Source: an uncultured Gemmatimonadaceae bacterium (GTDB taxonomy: Bacteria; Gemmatimonadota; Gemmatimonadetes; Gemmatimonadales; Gemmatimonadaceae). Taken from it: DNA of 64,000 nucleotides. Positions 1 through 9,324 of this stretch are shown piece after piece; the first letter of the stretch is position 1; every line of letters begins with the position of its first letter. The notes under the pieces are model-generated. The model saw only the letters and a list, made by a program, of their open reading frames with translations. It was not told where the DNA came from and ran no database searches. The stretch lies in NCBI GenBank assembly GCA_963751275.1, contig CAVVTZ010000007.1:896001-960000 (forward strand), given 5' to 3'. A program made the translations under genes and the position numbers.

Positions 1-51
1 TGCAATATTTAGACTTTGGCCCCGCCCTCCAGTCGGTTATATTGATTGACT

Positions 52-1893
52 ATGGATATCCGTAATATCGCCATCATCGCCCACGTCGATCACGGCAAAA
101 CCACCCTCGTGGACAAAATGCTCCGGCAAGCCGGGGCGTTCCGCGAGAATCAGGTCGTCGAAGAGCGCGTGATGGATTCGAACCCGCTCGAGCGGGAGCG
201 GGGCATCACGATCCTCGCCAAGAACACGTCGGTGCGCTGGCACGGCGTGAAGATCAATATCGTCGACACCCCGGGTCACGCGGACTTCGGCGGCGAAGTG
301 GAGCGCATCCTCCGCATGGTGGATGGCGTCCTCCTCGTGGTGGACGCCTTCGACGGCCCGATGCCGCAGACGCGCTTCGTGCTCCGCAAGGCGCTCGCGT
401 TGGGCCGTACGCCCATCGTCGTCATAAATAAGATTGACCGGCCCGGCGCCGACCCGCACCGCGTGCATCACGAGGTGCTCGGCCTCTTCCTGGAACTCGA
501 AGCGAACGACGAGCAGCTCGACGCGCCCGTGGTCTACGCCTCGGCGCGGCAGGGCGTCGCGACGATGGACGCCGACAAGCCCGGCACCGATCTCGTGCCG
601 CTCTTCCAGACGATCGTCGATCACGTGCCCGCGCCGCGCTTCGCGCCCAGCGAGCCGTTCCAGATGCTCATCTCCACGATCGACCACTCGCCGTACCTCG
701 GCCGCCTGGGCATCGGCCGCATCGAGCGCGGCACCGTCACGGTGGGCGGCGAGCTCGCGCTCCTGCCGCTCGACCCGACGCTGCCCATGCAGCGCTCGCG
801 CGTCACGAAGCTCTTCGTCTACGAAGGACTCGAGCGCCTCGAAGTGCCCAGCGCGATGTCGGGCGACATTGTCGCGCTCGCGGGACTCGAAGGCGTCGAG
901 ATCGGGCTCACCGTCACCGCGGCCGACACGCCCGAGCGCCTCGCGGGGATCGCGGTGGAAGAGCCGACGATCAGCGTGGACTTCGTCGTGAACAATTCGC
1001 CCTTCGCCGGCAAGGAAGGGAAGTTCGTCACGTCGCGGCAATTGCGTGAGCGGCTCTATCGCGAATTGGAGCGCAACGTCGCGCTGCGTGTGGAGGACAC
1101 CGACGCCACGGACACGTGGAGCGTCTCCGGCCGCGGCGAGCTGCACCTCGGCATCCTCATGGAGACCATGCGGCGCGAGGGCTACGAGTTCCAGGTGTCG
1201 CGCCCGCGCGTGATCACGCGCGAGGGACCCGGCGGCGAGCGCCTCGAGCCGTACGAGGAACTCTCCATTGACGTGCCCGAGGAATTCCTCGGCGCCGTGA
1301 TCGAGAAGCTCGGGCCGCGCCGCGCCGAGATGCTCGAGATGAAGAACCCCGGTCAGAACCTCGTTCGGCTGCTCTATCGCATCCCGGCGCGTGGATTGTT
1401 CGGCTACCGGTCGGAATTCCTGACCGATACGCGGGGAACCGGGATCATCCATCATCGCTTCCTGGAGTACGGGCCGTGGGCCGGTCCGCTGGCGGGGCGC
1501 AAGCGCGGCACGCTCGTGAGCATGGAAGGCGGAGTGGCGGTGGCGTTCGGCTTGTGGAACCTTCAGGATCGCTCGACGTTATTCGTAGGACCGGGCACGC
1601 CGGTATACGAAGGGATGATCATCGGCGAGAACGCGCGTCCCGGCGACATGGATGTGAATCCGACGAAGGAGAAGAAGCTGTCGAACATGCGCACCACCGG
1701 CACCGACGAGAACATCCAGCTGGAGCCGCCGCGCGACATGACGCTGGAGATGGCGCTCGAATACATCGATGAGGACGAGCTGATCGAGATCACGCCGGCG
1801 AGCATCCGGCTTCGGAAGCGCGCGCTCAGCACGAACGATCGCCGCAAGCAGTCGCGGGAACTGAAGCGCGAGCGCGAGCGCGCGTCGTTGTAA
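52..1893 (+). CDS. typA: Translational GTPase TypA/BipA
   Basis: [45 protein letters not shown] motifs; BipA C-terminus ([17 protein letters not shown]). Confidence 0.98.
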   Translation: MDIRNIAIIAHVDHGKTTLVDKMLRQAGAFRENQVVEERVMDSNPLERERGITILAKNTSVRWHGVKINIVDTPGHADFGGEVERILRMVDGVLLVVDAFDGPMPQTRFVLRKALALGRTPIVVINKIDRPGADPHRVHHEVLGLFLELEANDEQLDAPVVYASARQGVATMDADKPGTDLVPLFQTIVDHVPAPRFAPSEPFQMLISTIDHSPYLGRLGIGRIERGTVTVGGELALLPLDPTLPMQRSRVTKLFVYEGLERLEVPSAMSGDIVALAGLEGVEIGLTVTAADTPERLAGIAVEEPTISVDFVVNNSPFAGKEGKFVTSRQLRERLYRELERNVALRVEDTDATDTWSVSGRGELHLGILMETMRREGYEFQVSRPRVITREGPGGERLEPYEELSIDVPEEFLGAVIEKLGPRRAEMLEMKNPGQNLVRLLYRIPARGLFGYRSEFLTDTRGTGIIHHRFLEYGPWAGPLAGRKRGTLVSMEGGVAVAFGLWNLQDRSTLFVGPGTPVYEGMIIGENARPGDMDVNPTKEKKLSNMRTTGTDENIQLEPPRDMTLEMALEYIDEDELIEITPASIRLRKRALSTNDRRKQSRELKRERERASL

Positions 1894-1922
1894 CGGGACA
1901 CCTTCCTTCGGAGGCACCGGGC

Positions 1923-2195
1923 ATGCTGGACGAACTCGAGCCGTCAGAAGAACCGCGCATGTTCCGGCGCGGAGACGACGGCCTCGAAGCGGGCGCGGCG
2001 AAAGAGCCGGACGACGAGGACGACCTCGAAGACGAGGACGACCTCGACGACAATGAGATGGACGACGATGAAGATGATCTCGACGACGACCTCGACGACG
2101 ATCTGATCGATCTCGATGATGAGTTCGACGATCCCGAGGGGGATCGCGAGCGCCAGCATCCGCCCCACCCCCCGCGGCGGAAGTACGACGACTGA
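1923..2195 (+). CDS. Small, highly acidic hypothetical protein
   Basis: 90 aa ORF with GGAGG upstream; D/E-rich low-complexity core. Confidence 0.6.
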   Translation: MLDELEPSEEPRMFRRGDDGLEAGAAKEPDDEDDLEDEDDLDDNEMDDDEDDLDDDLDDDLIDLDDEFDDPEGDRERQHPPHPPRRKYDD

Positions 2196-2237
2196 TCGAT
2201 CGGCTCGGCGCGAGGCGCCGGGCAAGCCCACCATACA

Positions 2238-2314
2238 ATCGTGTCAATCATGTTCATCCTGTCAAAGCAGTGCACCGGCAACTACTTTGACAGGATGAAC
2301 GTGATGGACATGAT
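2238..2314. repeat. Palindrome of the GxxExxY-associated family (34-bp arms)
   Basis: ATCGTGTCAATCATGTTCATCCTGTCAAAGCAGT, 9 nt spacer, ACTACTTTGACAGGATGAACGTGATGGACATGAT. Confidence 0.9.
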
Positions 2315-2347
2315 GTGAACTGCACACCCGAATAACGGAGATCGGCC

Positions 2348-3040
2348 ATGCGCACGAGACTCATCGTTACTTCATTGCTCGTCGCGGCCCCTCTCGTCGC
2401 GCAGAGCCCCGACATGCAGCAGAAGGTCGCGGCGCTCAAGCAGTCGATCGCCGAGAACCAGGCGGCGCTGCGGAAGTACCAGTGGATCCAGACCACCAAG
2501 ATCTCGCTCAATGGCGAGGTCAAGCAGACGCAGGTTTCCCAGTGCCAGTATCAGGGCCCGGGCAAGCCGGTGTGCACGGAGCTGAGCAACACGCCGGCCG
2601 AGAAGCCGAGCGGCGGCCCGGTCCGGAAGAAGATGATCGAGAACAAGATCGCCGAGATGAAGGCGTACATGGACAGCGTGAAGACCCTCGTGGCCATGTA
2701 CGTGCCGCCGAACGGCGAGAAGATCGAGGCCGCGCGCAACACCGGGAACGTCTCGTTCTCCGAGAATCCCTCGGCCGGCACCGAGAGCATCGTGATCTCG
2801 AACTACGCCCAGAAGGGCGACAACATGGCGGTCGTGCTCGGCGCGGTGGGGAAGGGGATCCGGGAGCTGGTGATCAACTCGTGGCTCAACGATCCCACGC
2901 AGGTCGTGACGCTGCGCGTGACGATGGCCAAGCTCCCTGACGGCACGCGCTACTCCGCGAGCAAGGTGCTGAACGCGACGGCAAAGGGGATCACCGTGGC
3001 GATCACGGCGACGAATTACTCGATGGTCGCGGGCCAGTAA
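2348..3040 (+). CDS. Secreted hypothetical protein (paralogue 1)
   Basis: Signal peptide (APLVA-Q), GGAG RBS; similar to 3255-3959 (CQY..P.KPVCTE, EMKAYMD.V.TL). Confidence 0.85.
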   Translation: MRTRLIVTSLLVAAPLVAQSPDMQQKVAALKQSIAENQAALRKYQWIQTTKISLNGEVKQTQVSQCQYQGPGKPVCTELSNTPAEKPSGGPVRKKMIENKIAEMKAYMDSVKTLVAMYVPPNGEKIEAARNTGNVSFSENPSAGTESIVISNYAQKGDNMAVVLGAVGKGIRELVINSWLNDPTQVVTLRVTMAKLPDGTRYSASKVLNATAKGITVAITATNYSMVAGQ

Positions 3041-3088
3041 CGCGCGAGATGGTCTGACGGCTCACGCCGGCGTTCGGTGTTCGTCGTC

Positions 3089-3190
3089 ATCCTGTCAATC
3101 CTGAAAATCCTGTCATCCTGTCAAAGCAGTGCCGTTCCCACTAACGACACTGCTTTGACAGGATGACAGGATTTTCAGGATTGACAGGAT
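3089..3190. repeat. Perfect 43-bp-arm palindrome of the GxxExxY-associated family
   Basis: ATCCTGTCAATCCTGAAAATCCTGTCATCCTGTCAAAGCAGTG (3089-3131) and its exact reverse complement (3148-3190). Confidence 0.95.
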
Positions 3191-3254
3191 ACGGCTGGGT
3201 GTTCCATTTCTGGGCGGAAGGTTGGAGTATGCGTACGATCAACGGAGATGGAAC

Positions 3255-3959
3255 ATGCGAATGAAATACCTCGTGGCTTCATTGCTCATCGCGGCACCGC
3301 TCGCGGCGCCGCTCGCGGCACAGGCCCCCCAGCAGCAGGTGGCGGAGTTCCGGCAGATGCTGGCGGCGAACCAGGCGAAGCGGCGGATGTTCACGTGGCT
3401 CGAGACCACGCACGTCGCGTATCAGGGCGTGATCAAGGTGACCAAGGTGACGGACTGCCAGTACAGCGGGCCGAGTCCGAAGCCGGTGTGCACGGAGATC
3501 AGCCTGCAGCAGGCGCCGCCGCCGAGTGGGTTCTTCCGGCGGAAGATCGCGGAGAAGAAGGAAGGCGAGATGAAGGCGTACATGGACACCGTGCGCACGC
3601 TGCTCGCGGAGTACGTGCCGATCGCGCCGGCGCTAGTGGAAAAGGCGTACCAGAGCGGGAATGTCGCGATCTCGATGGATCCGTCGAACGGCACGAAGAA
3701 GCTGGTGATCTCGAGCTACCGGATGCCGAACGACAACCTGACCGTAGTCTTCAACGCGGCCACGAAGCAGTTGGTATCGGCGAGCATTGCGACGTACACG
3801 GGCACGGCGGCGAACCCGGTGCCGGTGACGGCCAACGTGACATTCGCGACGCTGCCGAATGGGGTGTTCTATGCGTACCAGAAGACTTTGAATGCCACGG
3901 GGGCGCAGATCACGGTGACCATTACCAGCACTGACTTCTCCGAGATGATCCAGCAGTAA
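3255..3959 (+). CDS. Secreted hypothetical protein (paralogue 2)
   Basis: Signal peptide (APLAA-Q), GGAG RBS; homologous to 2348-3040. Confidence 0.85.
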   Translation: MRMKYLVASLLIAAPLAAPLAAQAPQQQVAEFRQMLAANQAKRRMFTWLETTHVAYQGVIKVTKVTDCQYSGPSPKPVCTEISLQQAPPPSGFFRRKIAEKKEGEMKAYMDTVRTLLAEYVPIAPALVEKAYQSGNVAISMDPSNGTKKLVISSYRMPNDNLTVVFNAATKQLVSASIATYTGTAANPVPVTANVTFATLPNGVFYAYQKTLNATGAQITVTITSTDFSEMIQQ

Positions 3960-4040
3960 CTACCAGCGTCTGGACGGCAGACGGCAGTACAACGAACTGC
4001 TAGCTGCCGGAGTAGGACGAGGCACTGGCACTACGAACGC

Positions 4041-4145
4041 CGTCGTTTGCGAGTAACGCCGTAGAGAGTGAGACTGGGGACTTGATGCGCCATTCGTCGT
4101 TCAAGTCCCCAGTTCGACATTCTACGGCGTTACTCGCAAACGACG
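4041..4145. repeat. Long imperfect inverted repeat
   Basis: 25-bp perfect outer arms CGTCGTTTGCGAGTAACGCCGTAGA / TCTACGGCGTTACTCGCAAACGACG; 13-bp inner arms ACTGGGGACTTGA / TCAAGTCCCCAGT. Confidence 0.9.
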
Positions 4146-4395
4146 CCGTATGTGGTGCCCGCACCGGGTCCTACTCTCGGCAGTCGCGGATCGAGTGGCA
4201 TCGGTTCGATTCCGATAGGCTCCACCGAGGCGTTGCCAATCGCGGTGGAAGATTGTATCGTTGGAAACCGAAGGCAGTGTCGAGTCTCGCACACTCGGAT
4301 AAAGCATTGTTTTCGTCGCACACGGTGGAGCCCAAAGGGCCCGGAGGGCCGCCAGCAGCCGAGGCGGCCCTCGTTGCATCCGCCGCTCTCGTTCG

Positions 4396-4424
4396 TTGAC
4401 TGCGTGTATGAGCCCGGCTAACTT
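4396..4424 (+). promoter_or_regulatory. Sigma70-like promoter of tRNA-Ile
   Basis: TTGACT, 17 bp, TAACTT, ending 12 nt before the tRNA. Confidence 0.7.
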
Positions 4425-4436
4425 TGGTTGCTAACC

Positions 4437-4510
<74 letters not shown>

Positions 4511-4525
4511 TGGCACGGAAGATCA

Positions 4526-4559
4526 CGCCCCGCTTGAGCTTAAATGCTTGGGCGGGGCG
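4526..4559 (+). terminator. GC-rich hairpin after tRNA, repeated after the tRNA-derived att copies
   Basis: CGCCCCGC...GCGGGGCG stem; equivalents at 11611-11644, 13838-13870, 15212-15245, 19258-19291, 25477-25509. Confidence 0.7.
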
Positions 4560-4627
4560 ATTCACATCGGCGGATTCCGACCGATGGTGTAAGTTCGTGG
4601 TGTACGCGACCGCACGCCCAGGGGAAG

Positions 4628-5686
4628 ATGAGCGCTCTCGATCTCACCATTGCGATCCACGAAGCGGGACACGCAGTAATCGGCATTCGGCGGGGCCTTC
4701 GGCTGCTCTTCATCAAACGCGACTGTGGCAGGGACGACCCCAATCCCTGCTGTGGGTGGGCGCCGCACAATAATCCCCTGGATGTCATCGACATGATGCT
4801 CGCCGGAGAGATCGCTGGAGATCGCCATCACCTCGAGTTCGGGGGCGACCCGCAAGGCGAGCCCGGCCTTCAGCGAGATCGCGATGACGTCGAGGCCCGA
4901 CTGGCAGAAGTTGCACCAGGCATTGAGCAGCGCGCGCTGCTTCGCAAAGCGCGAGCTGCTGTGGTACGGGAGGAGATTGGCTCGAGCGTCGTATGGGGCG
5001 CGATCGAGGAGATCTCCGCCGCTCAGCTTCGCGACGGCCTTCTCGCGGGTGGCACGGTCGCCGCGATCGTCGCGAACCGGGCGCCCTTCCGACCTGCCGA
5101 CGGTCGCTCGCGGACGGGCCGAGCCGCTGGCGAATCGGCGAGCGCACCAGAGGCCGCGGTTCCGCGACGCGCTGAGCTCACGATCGCCTATGAGGAGTGC
5201 AAGGTGGCGCTCCTGCCCCTCCTCCGCGAGCGCGTCTTTCACGTCACGGCGGCTTCGAATCTTGACGCGATCATTGCCTCCGGGTCCCTACTGGCGAATC
5301 CTCCCGATGGCTCGACAGGTCACTTCGGTCGCTACCTCCAGTCCTATGGCCGCACGCTCAATAAGGTTTCATTCTTCGACTATCGGGAGCGGACCGAGGA
5401 GGCACTCGAGGAATCGTTCACCAAGTGCTCTCCGTGGTCCGGACTCCATGCGTGCGATCATCGCATCGCGATTCTGTTCCTGTCGCGGGTTGAGTGGCAC
5501 GCTCTGGAGCGCTGGACGCGCGAAGCGATGATCGCGACGCGGTGGCTCCAGGCTGTGCCGTGGGTCGAGTCGTGGCACGCGAGTCCGGTCCCTCTCAACC
5601 ACATCGAGGAGATTCTCCTTGTCGCCGTCGCTGAACCGACCGACCCTTTTCTACAAGCAATGCTCAAGCGTTCGCGGCGATCGTAG
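4628..5686 (+). CDS. Hypothetical protein: N-terminal HExxH (peptidase M41/M50-like) domain and C-terminal possible ADP-ribosyltransferase-like domain
   Basis: AIHEAGHAV...LAGEIA motif; RVFHVTAASNLDAIIASGSL and VESWHASPVPLNHIEEILLV resemble DarT/DUF4433 strands (by eye). Confidence 0.6.
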   Translation: MSALDLTIAIHEAGHAVIGIRRGLRLLFIKRDCGRDDPNPCCGWAPHNNPLDVIDMMLAGEIAGDRHHLEFGGDPQGEPGLQRDRDDVEARLAEVAPGIEQRALLRKARAAVVREEIGSSVVWGAIEEISAAQLRDGLLAGGTVAAIVANRAPFRPADGRSRTGRAAGESASAPEAAVPRRAELTIAYEECKVALLPLLRERVFHVTAASNLDAIIASGSLLANPPDGSTGHFGRYLQSYGRTLNKVSFFDYRERTEEALEESFTKCSPWSGLHACDHRIAILFLSRVEWHALERWTREAMIATRWLQAVPWVESWHASPVPLNHIEEILLVAVAEPTDPFLQAMLKRSRRS

Positions 5687-5797
5687 TGCTCGGGCGGGGC
5701 GTTTCCATTGCGTTCGAGCACCGAACGCTGTCTCTTGGAGGCAGCATCCGAACTGGGAGTGGCCCACGTCCATTGCCACGGGGAGACCTTGCCCACG

Positions 5798-8290
5798 ATG
5801 AACCCCGATCGCTCGCGCCGAATTTCCGGCAGGAATGTCGACCTGCCGGGTGAATTCCACCACGCGATCCGAACTCTTGGCCGCGCTCCAGGCTTCGCAG
5901 TCACGGTCGTGCTCACGCTCGCGCTCGGCCTTGCCGCGACGAGTACGATGTTCGAGCTGGTCGACCAAGTGCTGCTTCGGCCGTTACCGTACCGGGACGC
6001 GGATCGCCTCGTCACGCTCTTCCAGACCGGCACGTCCGGCGCCCGGCGGCTCGTCTCCTACCCGACGATGCAGGACTGGGCGCGGGACGATCAGCAATTC
6101 GCGGAGATGGCCTGGATGCGCGGGACGATGCACACGCTATCGGCGCCGGCAGGCGTGGATCGCGTCATCGCCGCCTACGTGTCGCCCGGCTTCTTCCACC
6201 TCATGGGCACCGCGCCGGCTCTCGGGCGCACCTTCGCTCCTGAGGAAGAAACGGCCAGCGGCGCCCCGGTCGTCGTGCTCTCAACCGAACTCTGGAAGCG
6301 ACTCTTCAACGCGGACTCCGGAGTGATCGGGCGAACGATCGATCTGGATGGCAGCCCCGTCGTCGTGATCGGCGTTATGCCGGAAGGGTTCGAGTATCCC
6401 TGGGGCGGCATGTGGCGCCCGCTGGCACCGGCGGCGGCGAAGGAACCGGTGATCGATCGTCGCGATTATCACGTGGACAGCCGGGCGATCGGCCGTCTCG
6501 CCCCCGGTGTGAGCATCGACGCGGCGCGCGGCGCCCTCACGATCGCCCAGCGCCGAGTCGCGGCGGCGTACCCTCATGAGGAGAGCGACTGGACCGGTGC
6601 CGCGGTGGCCCCGCTGCGCGACGAAGCCGTCGGCAATATCCGGCCCGCCCTGCTCGCGCTCGGCGGCGCTGTGGCGCTCCTCTTCCTCATCGTGTGCGTC
6701 AACGTCGCGAACTTGTCGGCGATCCGCGGCGCGTCGCGCTCGCGTGAGGTCGCGATCCGAACCGCCCTGGGAGCGAGCCGCGGCGATCTGGTTCGGGGCC
6801 TGTTCATCGAGTACTCGCTGCTCGCGGGCGCCGGCGGCGCCATCGGCATCTGGCTGTCGGTGCTGGCCGTCGGTTGGCTGCGCGCGACGGCGCCATGGGA
6901 TCTACTGCGCGTGCGAGAGATCGCGCTGGACGGTAAGACGCTCGCCGTCGCTGCGGCGATGAGCGCTCTCGTGGCGATCGTTGCCGGGGTCGTGCCCGCG
7001 CTCCGCGCGGCCTCTGAACGGGGAGCGACTTCCGGGTTGCTCGGCGCTCGAACCGGGAGTACCACCCGCCGCCATACGCACGTGCGGTCGCTGCTGACCG
7101 CGAGTCAATTCGCCCTCGCGCTGATGCTGCTCATCGGAACGGGACTGCTCATTCGAAGCTACGAACGCCTCGTGGCGGTTCCCCTCGGCTTCGATTCGCG
7201 CGGAGTCCTGGCGATCACGCTGTCTCCCGACCGCATTCCCAAGTATGCGGAGTCGCAGGCGACGCTGGCATTCTATGAGCGCATCATGGATCAGCTCCGC
7301 ACCGTTCCAGGTGTCGGGGACGCTGCCATCGTGAACTTCGTTCCCCTCGGTTCGGCGGGCATGCCCACGGCGCTCGAATTGCCAGGAAGGCCGGTGAGCG
7401 CGGACGACCAGGCGACGTATCTCACCGTCTCCGCGAATTACCTCCATACCATGGGGATCCGGCTCGTCCGCGGCCGCTGGTTCTCTCCGGCGGAGATGCG
7501 TGCGCCGGACGACGGCATCGTCGTGAGCGAATCGGTCGCGAAGCGATTCTGGCCGGGCGCCGATCCGATCGGGCAGACGATCACGATCCATCGCGTATCG
7601 CAGGATCGTGCGGACTTCGGGCGCGCCGTCCCTTCGATCGTGATCGGGGTCGTCGGCGATGTGTTGCAGTTCGGCCCGGAGTGGGGACCCGACAAGGCGG
7701 TCTATGTGCCGCTCGCGGCGGAAACGTGGCCGTGGGCGACGGTCGTGGTCCGAGCGCGGTCGTCGAGTGGTGCCATGCGGGCCGCCCTCGGTCGTGCGGT
7801 CGCCGGGGTCGACGCACAGGTGCTCGCGCCGGGATCGCCCGACGCTCTCTCGGGCTTCGAGCCCATCGAGGGCGCGCTCACGAACATGTTGGAGCCTCGG
7901 CGTTTCGTCCTCGCGTTCGTGACGGCGTTCAGTGGTTGTGCGCTCCTGCTCGCCGCGCTCGGTGTGTACGGGGTCATGAGCTACGCGGTCACGCAGCGCA
8001 CACACGAGATGGGCATCCGCATGGCGATCGGTGCGACGGCGCGCGATGTGCTGATGGTCGTGCTCACGCGAGGGATCGGGCTCGCGGTGATCGGATCTCT
8101 GGTTGGAATGGCTGGCGCCTTGGCGTTCGCGAAGGTGCTCGCGAGTCAGCTCTTCGAGACGTCTCCGGTCGATCCCGTCGTGTTCGTTCTGACGCCGGTG
8201 CTCTTGATCACTGTTGGGGCGCTGGCGTCCTACCTGCCGGCGCGCCGCGCCGCGAGCGTGGATCCGGTGATCGCGCTTCGAAGCGAGTGA
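5798..8290 (+). CDS. ABC transporter permease, duplicated MacB/FtsX (ADOP-like) family
   Basis: PGFAVTVVLTLALG, LLRPLPY, REVAIRTALGASR, RTHEMGIRMAIGA, PARRAASVDPVIALRSE; start approximate. Confidence 0.93.
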   Translation: MNPDRSRRISGRNVDLPGEFHHAIRTLGRAPGFAVTVVLTLALGLAATSTMFELVDQVLLRPLPYRDADRLVTLFQTGTSGARRLVSYPTMQDWARDDQQFAEMAWMRGTMHTLSAPAGVDRVIAAYVSPGFFHLMGTAPALGRTFAPEEETASGAPVVVLSTELWKRLFNADSGVIGRTIDLDGSPVVVIGVMPEGFEYPWGGMWRPLAPAAAKEPVIDRRDYHVDSRAIGRLAPGVSIDAARGALTIAQRRVAAAYPHEESDWTGAAVAPLRDEAVGNIRPALLALGGAVALLFLIVCVNVANLSAIRGASRSREVAIRTALGASRGDLVRGLFIEYSLLAGAGGAIGIWLSVLAVGWLRATAPWDLLRVREIALDGKTLAVAAAMSALVAIVAGVVPALRAASERGATSGLLGARTGSTTRRHTHVRSLLTASQFALALMLLIGTGLLIRSYERLVAVPLGFDSRGVLAITLSPDRIPKYAESQATLAFYERIMDQLRTVPGVGDAAIVNFVPLGSAGMPTALELPGRPVSADDQATYLTVSANYLHTMGIRLVRGRWFSPAEMRAPDDGIVVSESVAKRFWPGADPIGQTITIHRVSQDRADFGRAVPSIVIGVVGDVLQFGPEWGPDKAVYVPLAAETWPWATVVVRARSSSGAMRAALGRAVAGVDAQVLAPGSPDALSGFEPIEGALTNMLEPRRFVLAFVTAFSGCALLLAALGVYGVMSYAVTQRTHEMGIRMAIGATARDVLMVVLTRGIGLAVIGSLVGMAGALAFAKVLASQLFETSPVDPVVFVLTPVLLITVGALASYLPARRAASVDPVIALRSE

Positions 8291-8346
8291 AGCGCCGCAT
8301 TAAGTGGTGGCTGGAGGCCGCTGTGCATTGCGGCAGAAGAGGTGAC

Positions 8347-9324
8347 GTGCGCCGCGCTGCGTCTCTCGCCCTGATCTGCGCGCTCAGTGCCTGTAGCCGG
8401 CGAGCCGAGCGTCTTGTCGCAGGGCGGTCGGACACCGTAGTCGTAAACAGCCGCGGGCCAGTCCAATTGCCGGTGGAAGCGCTGGACGTTAGAGGTCGCA
8501 GCGTTGAGCTGACAGGAGCACGCTTCGCGTGGCTTACGGGCGATACAGTGCGAGTGACGACCGGTGGACTGGTGACGTGTGCCAGGCGCGCGAACGCCAC
8601 GGTGCGTGTTTCGACCCAGAGTCTGTCCACCGACTTCGTGCTCCAGTGCCGCCCGATCCGGGACTTGCACATTCCTTGGGACATGCGGTTGGTGCTCGGA
8701 GGTCCGTCGAAGCACTTGGAGATCGCTGCGATCGGTATCGATGGTCAGCCACTCAGCACAATTGCCGGCACGGCCACGGTACGGAACAGCCGGATCGCGC
8801 GGCTCGAGGGACTCGAAGTCTTCCCAGTGAGCGTTGGAGCGACGACTGTGGACATAGACGTCGGCGACTGCTCGGACGAGATCCCGATCGAGATCGACTC
8901 ACTCGTACGCACGCCCGCCGCACTGGGGCCATTTCGCGTCTTCGCCGAGCGCGTTGAATTGGTCCCGGGAGAGGTGCGGAGTTGGCACCTTGCGCCGGGA
9001 CCCTATGAGTTGTGGCTCGCGCCGGATAGCCTCGTCGACACCGCGCGAGAGCTCGTCACTCACAACACCAACTGCGTGCAAGTTCCGGGGGAGGGGAAGC
9101 GATATCTGTGCGTTGCTCTCCAGAATGCAGCGGTCGCGCTGCGCGATACGACGCGGCCGCGAAACGGGAAGGCGCTGACTGGCGAATTGTCGATGCGCAT
9201 GGACCTTGTTCAGCCTGATGATCCGACAGATGAGGCAGCGGCTGCTACCGCTGCGAGGCGGGACGCGCATGCGTGCAAGGAGATGGAAGTGCCGCGCTAC
9301 AGCTACGTCCTGTTAGCCCGATGA
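8347..9324 (+). CDS. Putative lipoprotein with Ig-like beta domains
   Basis: GTG start, lipobox LSAC, beta-rich sequence; 3' part of ORF 7681-9324. Confidence 0.6.
   Translation: MRRAASLALICALSACSRRAERLVAGRSDTVVVNSRGPVQLPVEALDVRGRSVELTGARFAWLTGDTVRVTTGGLVTCARRANATVRVSTQSLSTDFVLQCRPIRDLHIPWDMRLVLGGPSKHLEIAAIGIDGQPLSTIAGTATVRNSRIARLEGLEVFPVSVGATTVDIDVGDCSDEIPIEIDSLVRTPAALGPFRVFAERVELVPGEVRSWHLAPGPYELWLAPDSLVDTARELVTHNTNCVQVPGEGKRYLCVALQNAAVALRDTTRPRNGKALTGELSMRMDLVQPDDPTDEAAAATAARRDAHACKEMEVPRYSYVLLAR

Noticed and set aside
37..1455. 472-aa minus-strand ORF and similar long antisense ORFs (43119-44717, 57805-60696, 39073-40755)
   Set aside because: Shadow ORFs opposite well-supported genes in high-GC DNA.
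2000..2130. GACGAC repeats as a DNA repeat element
   Set aside because: They encode the poly-Asp tract of ORF 1923-2195.
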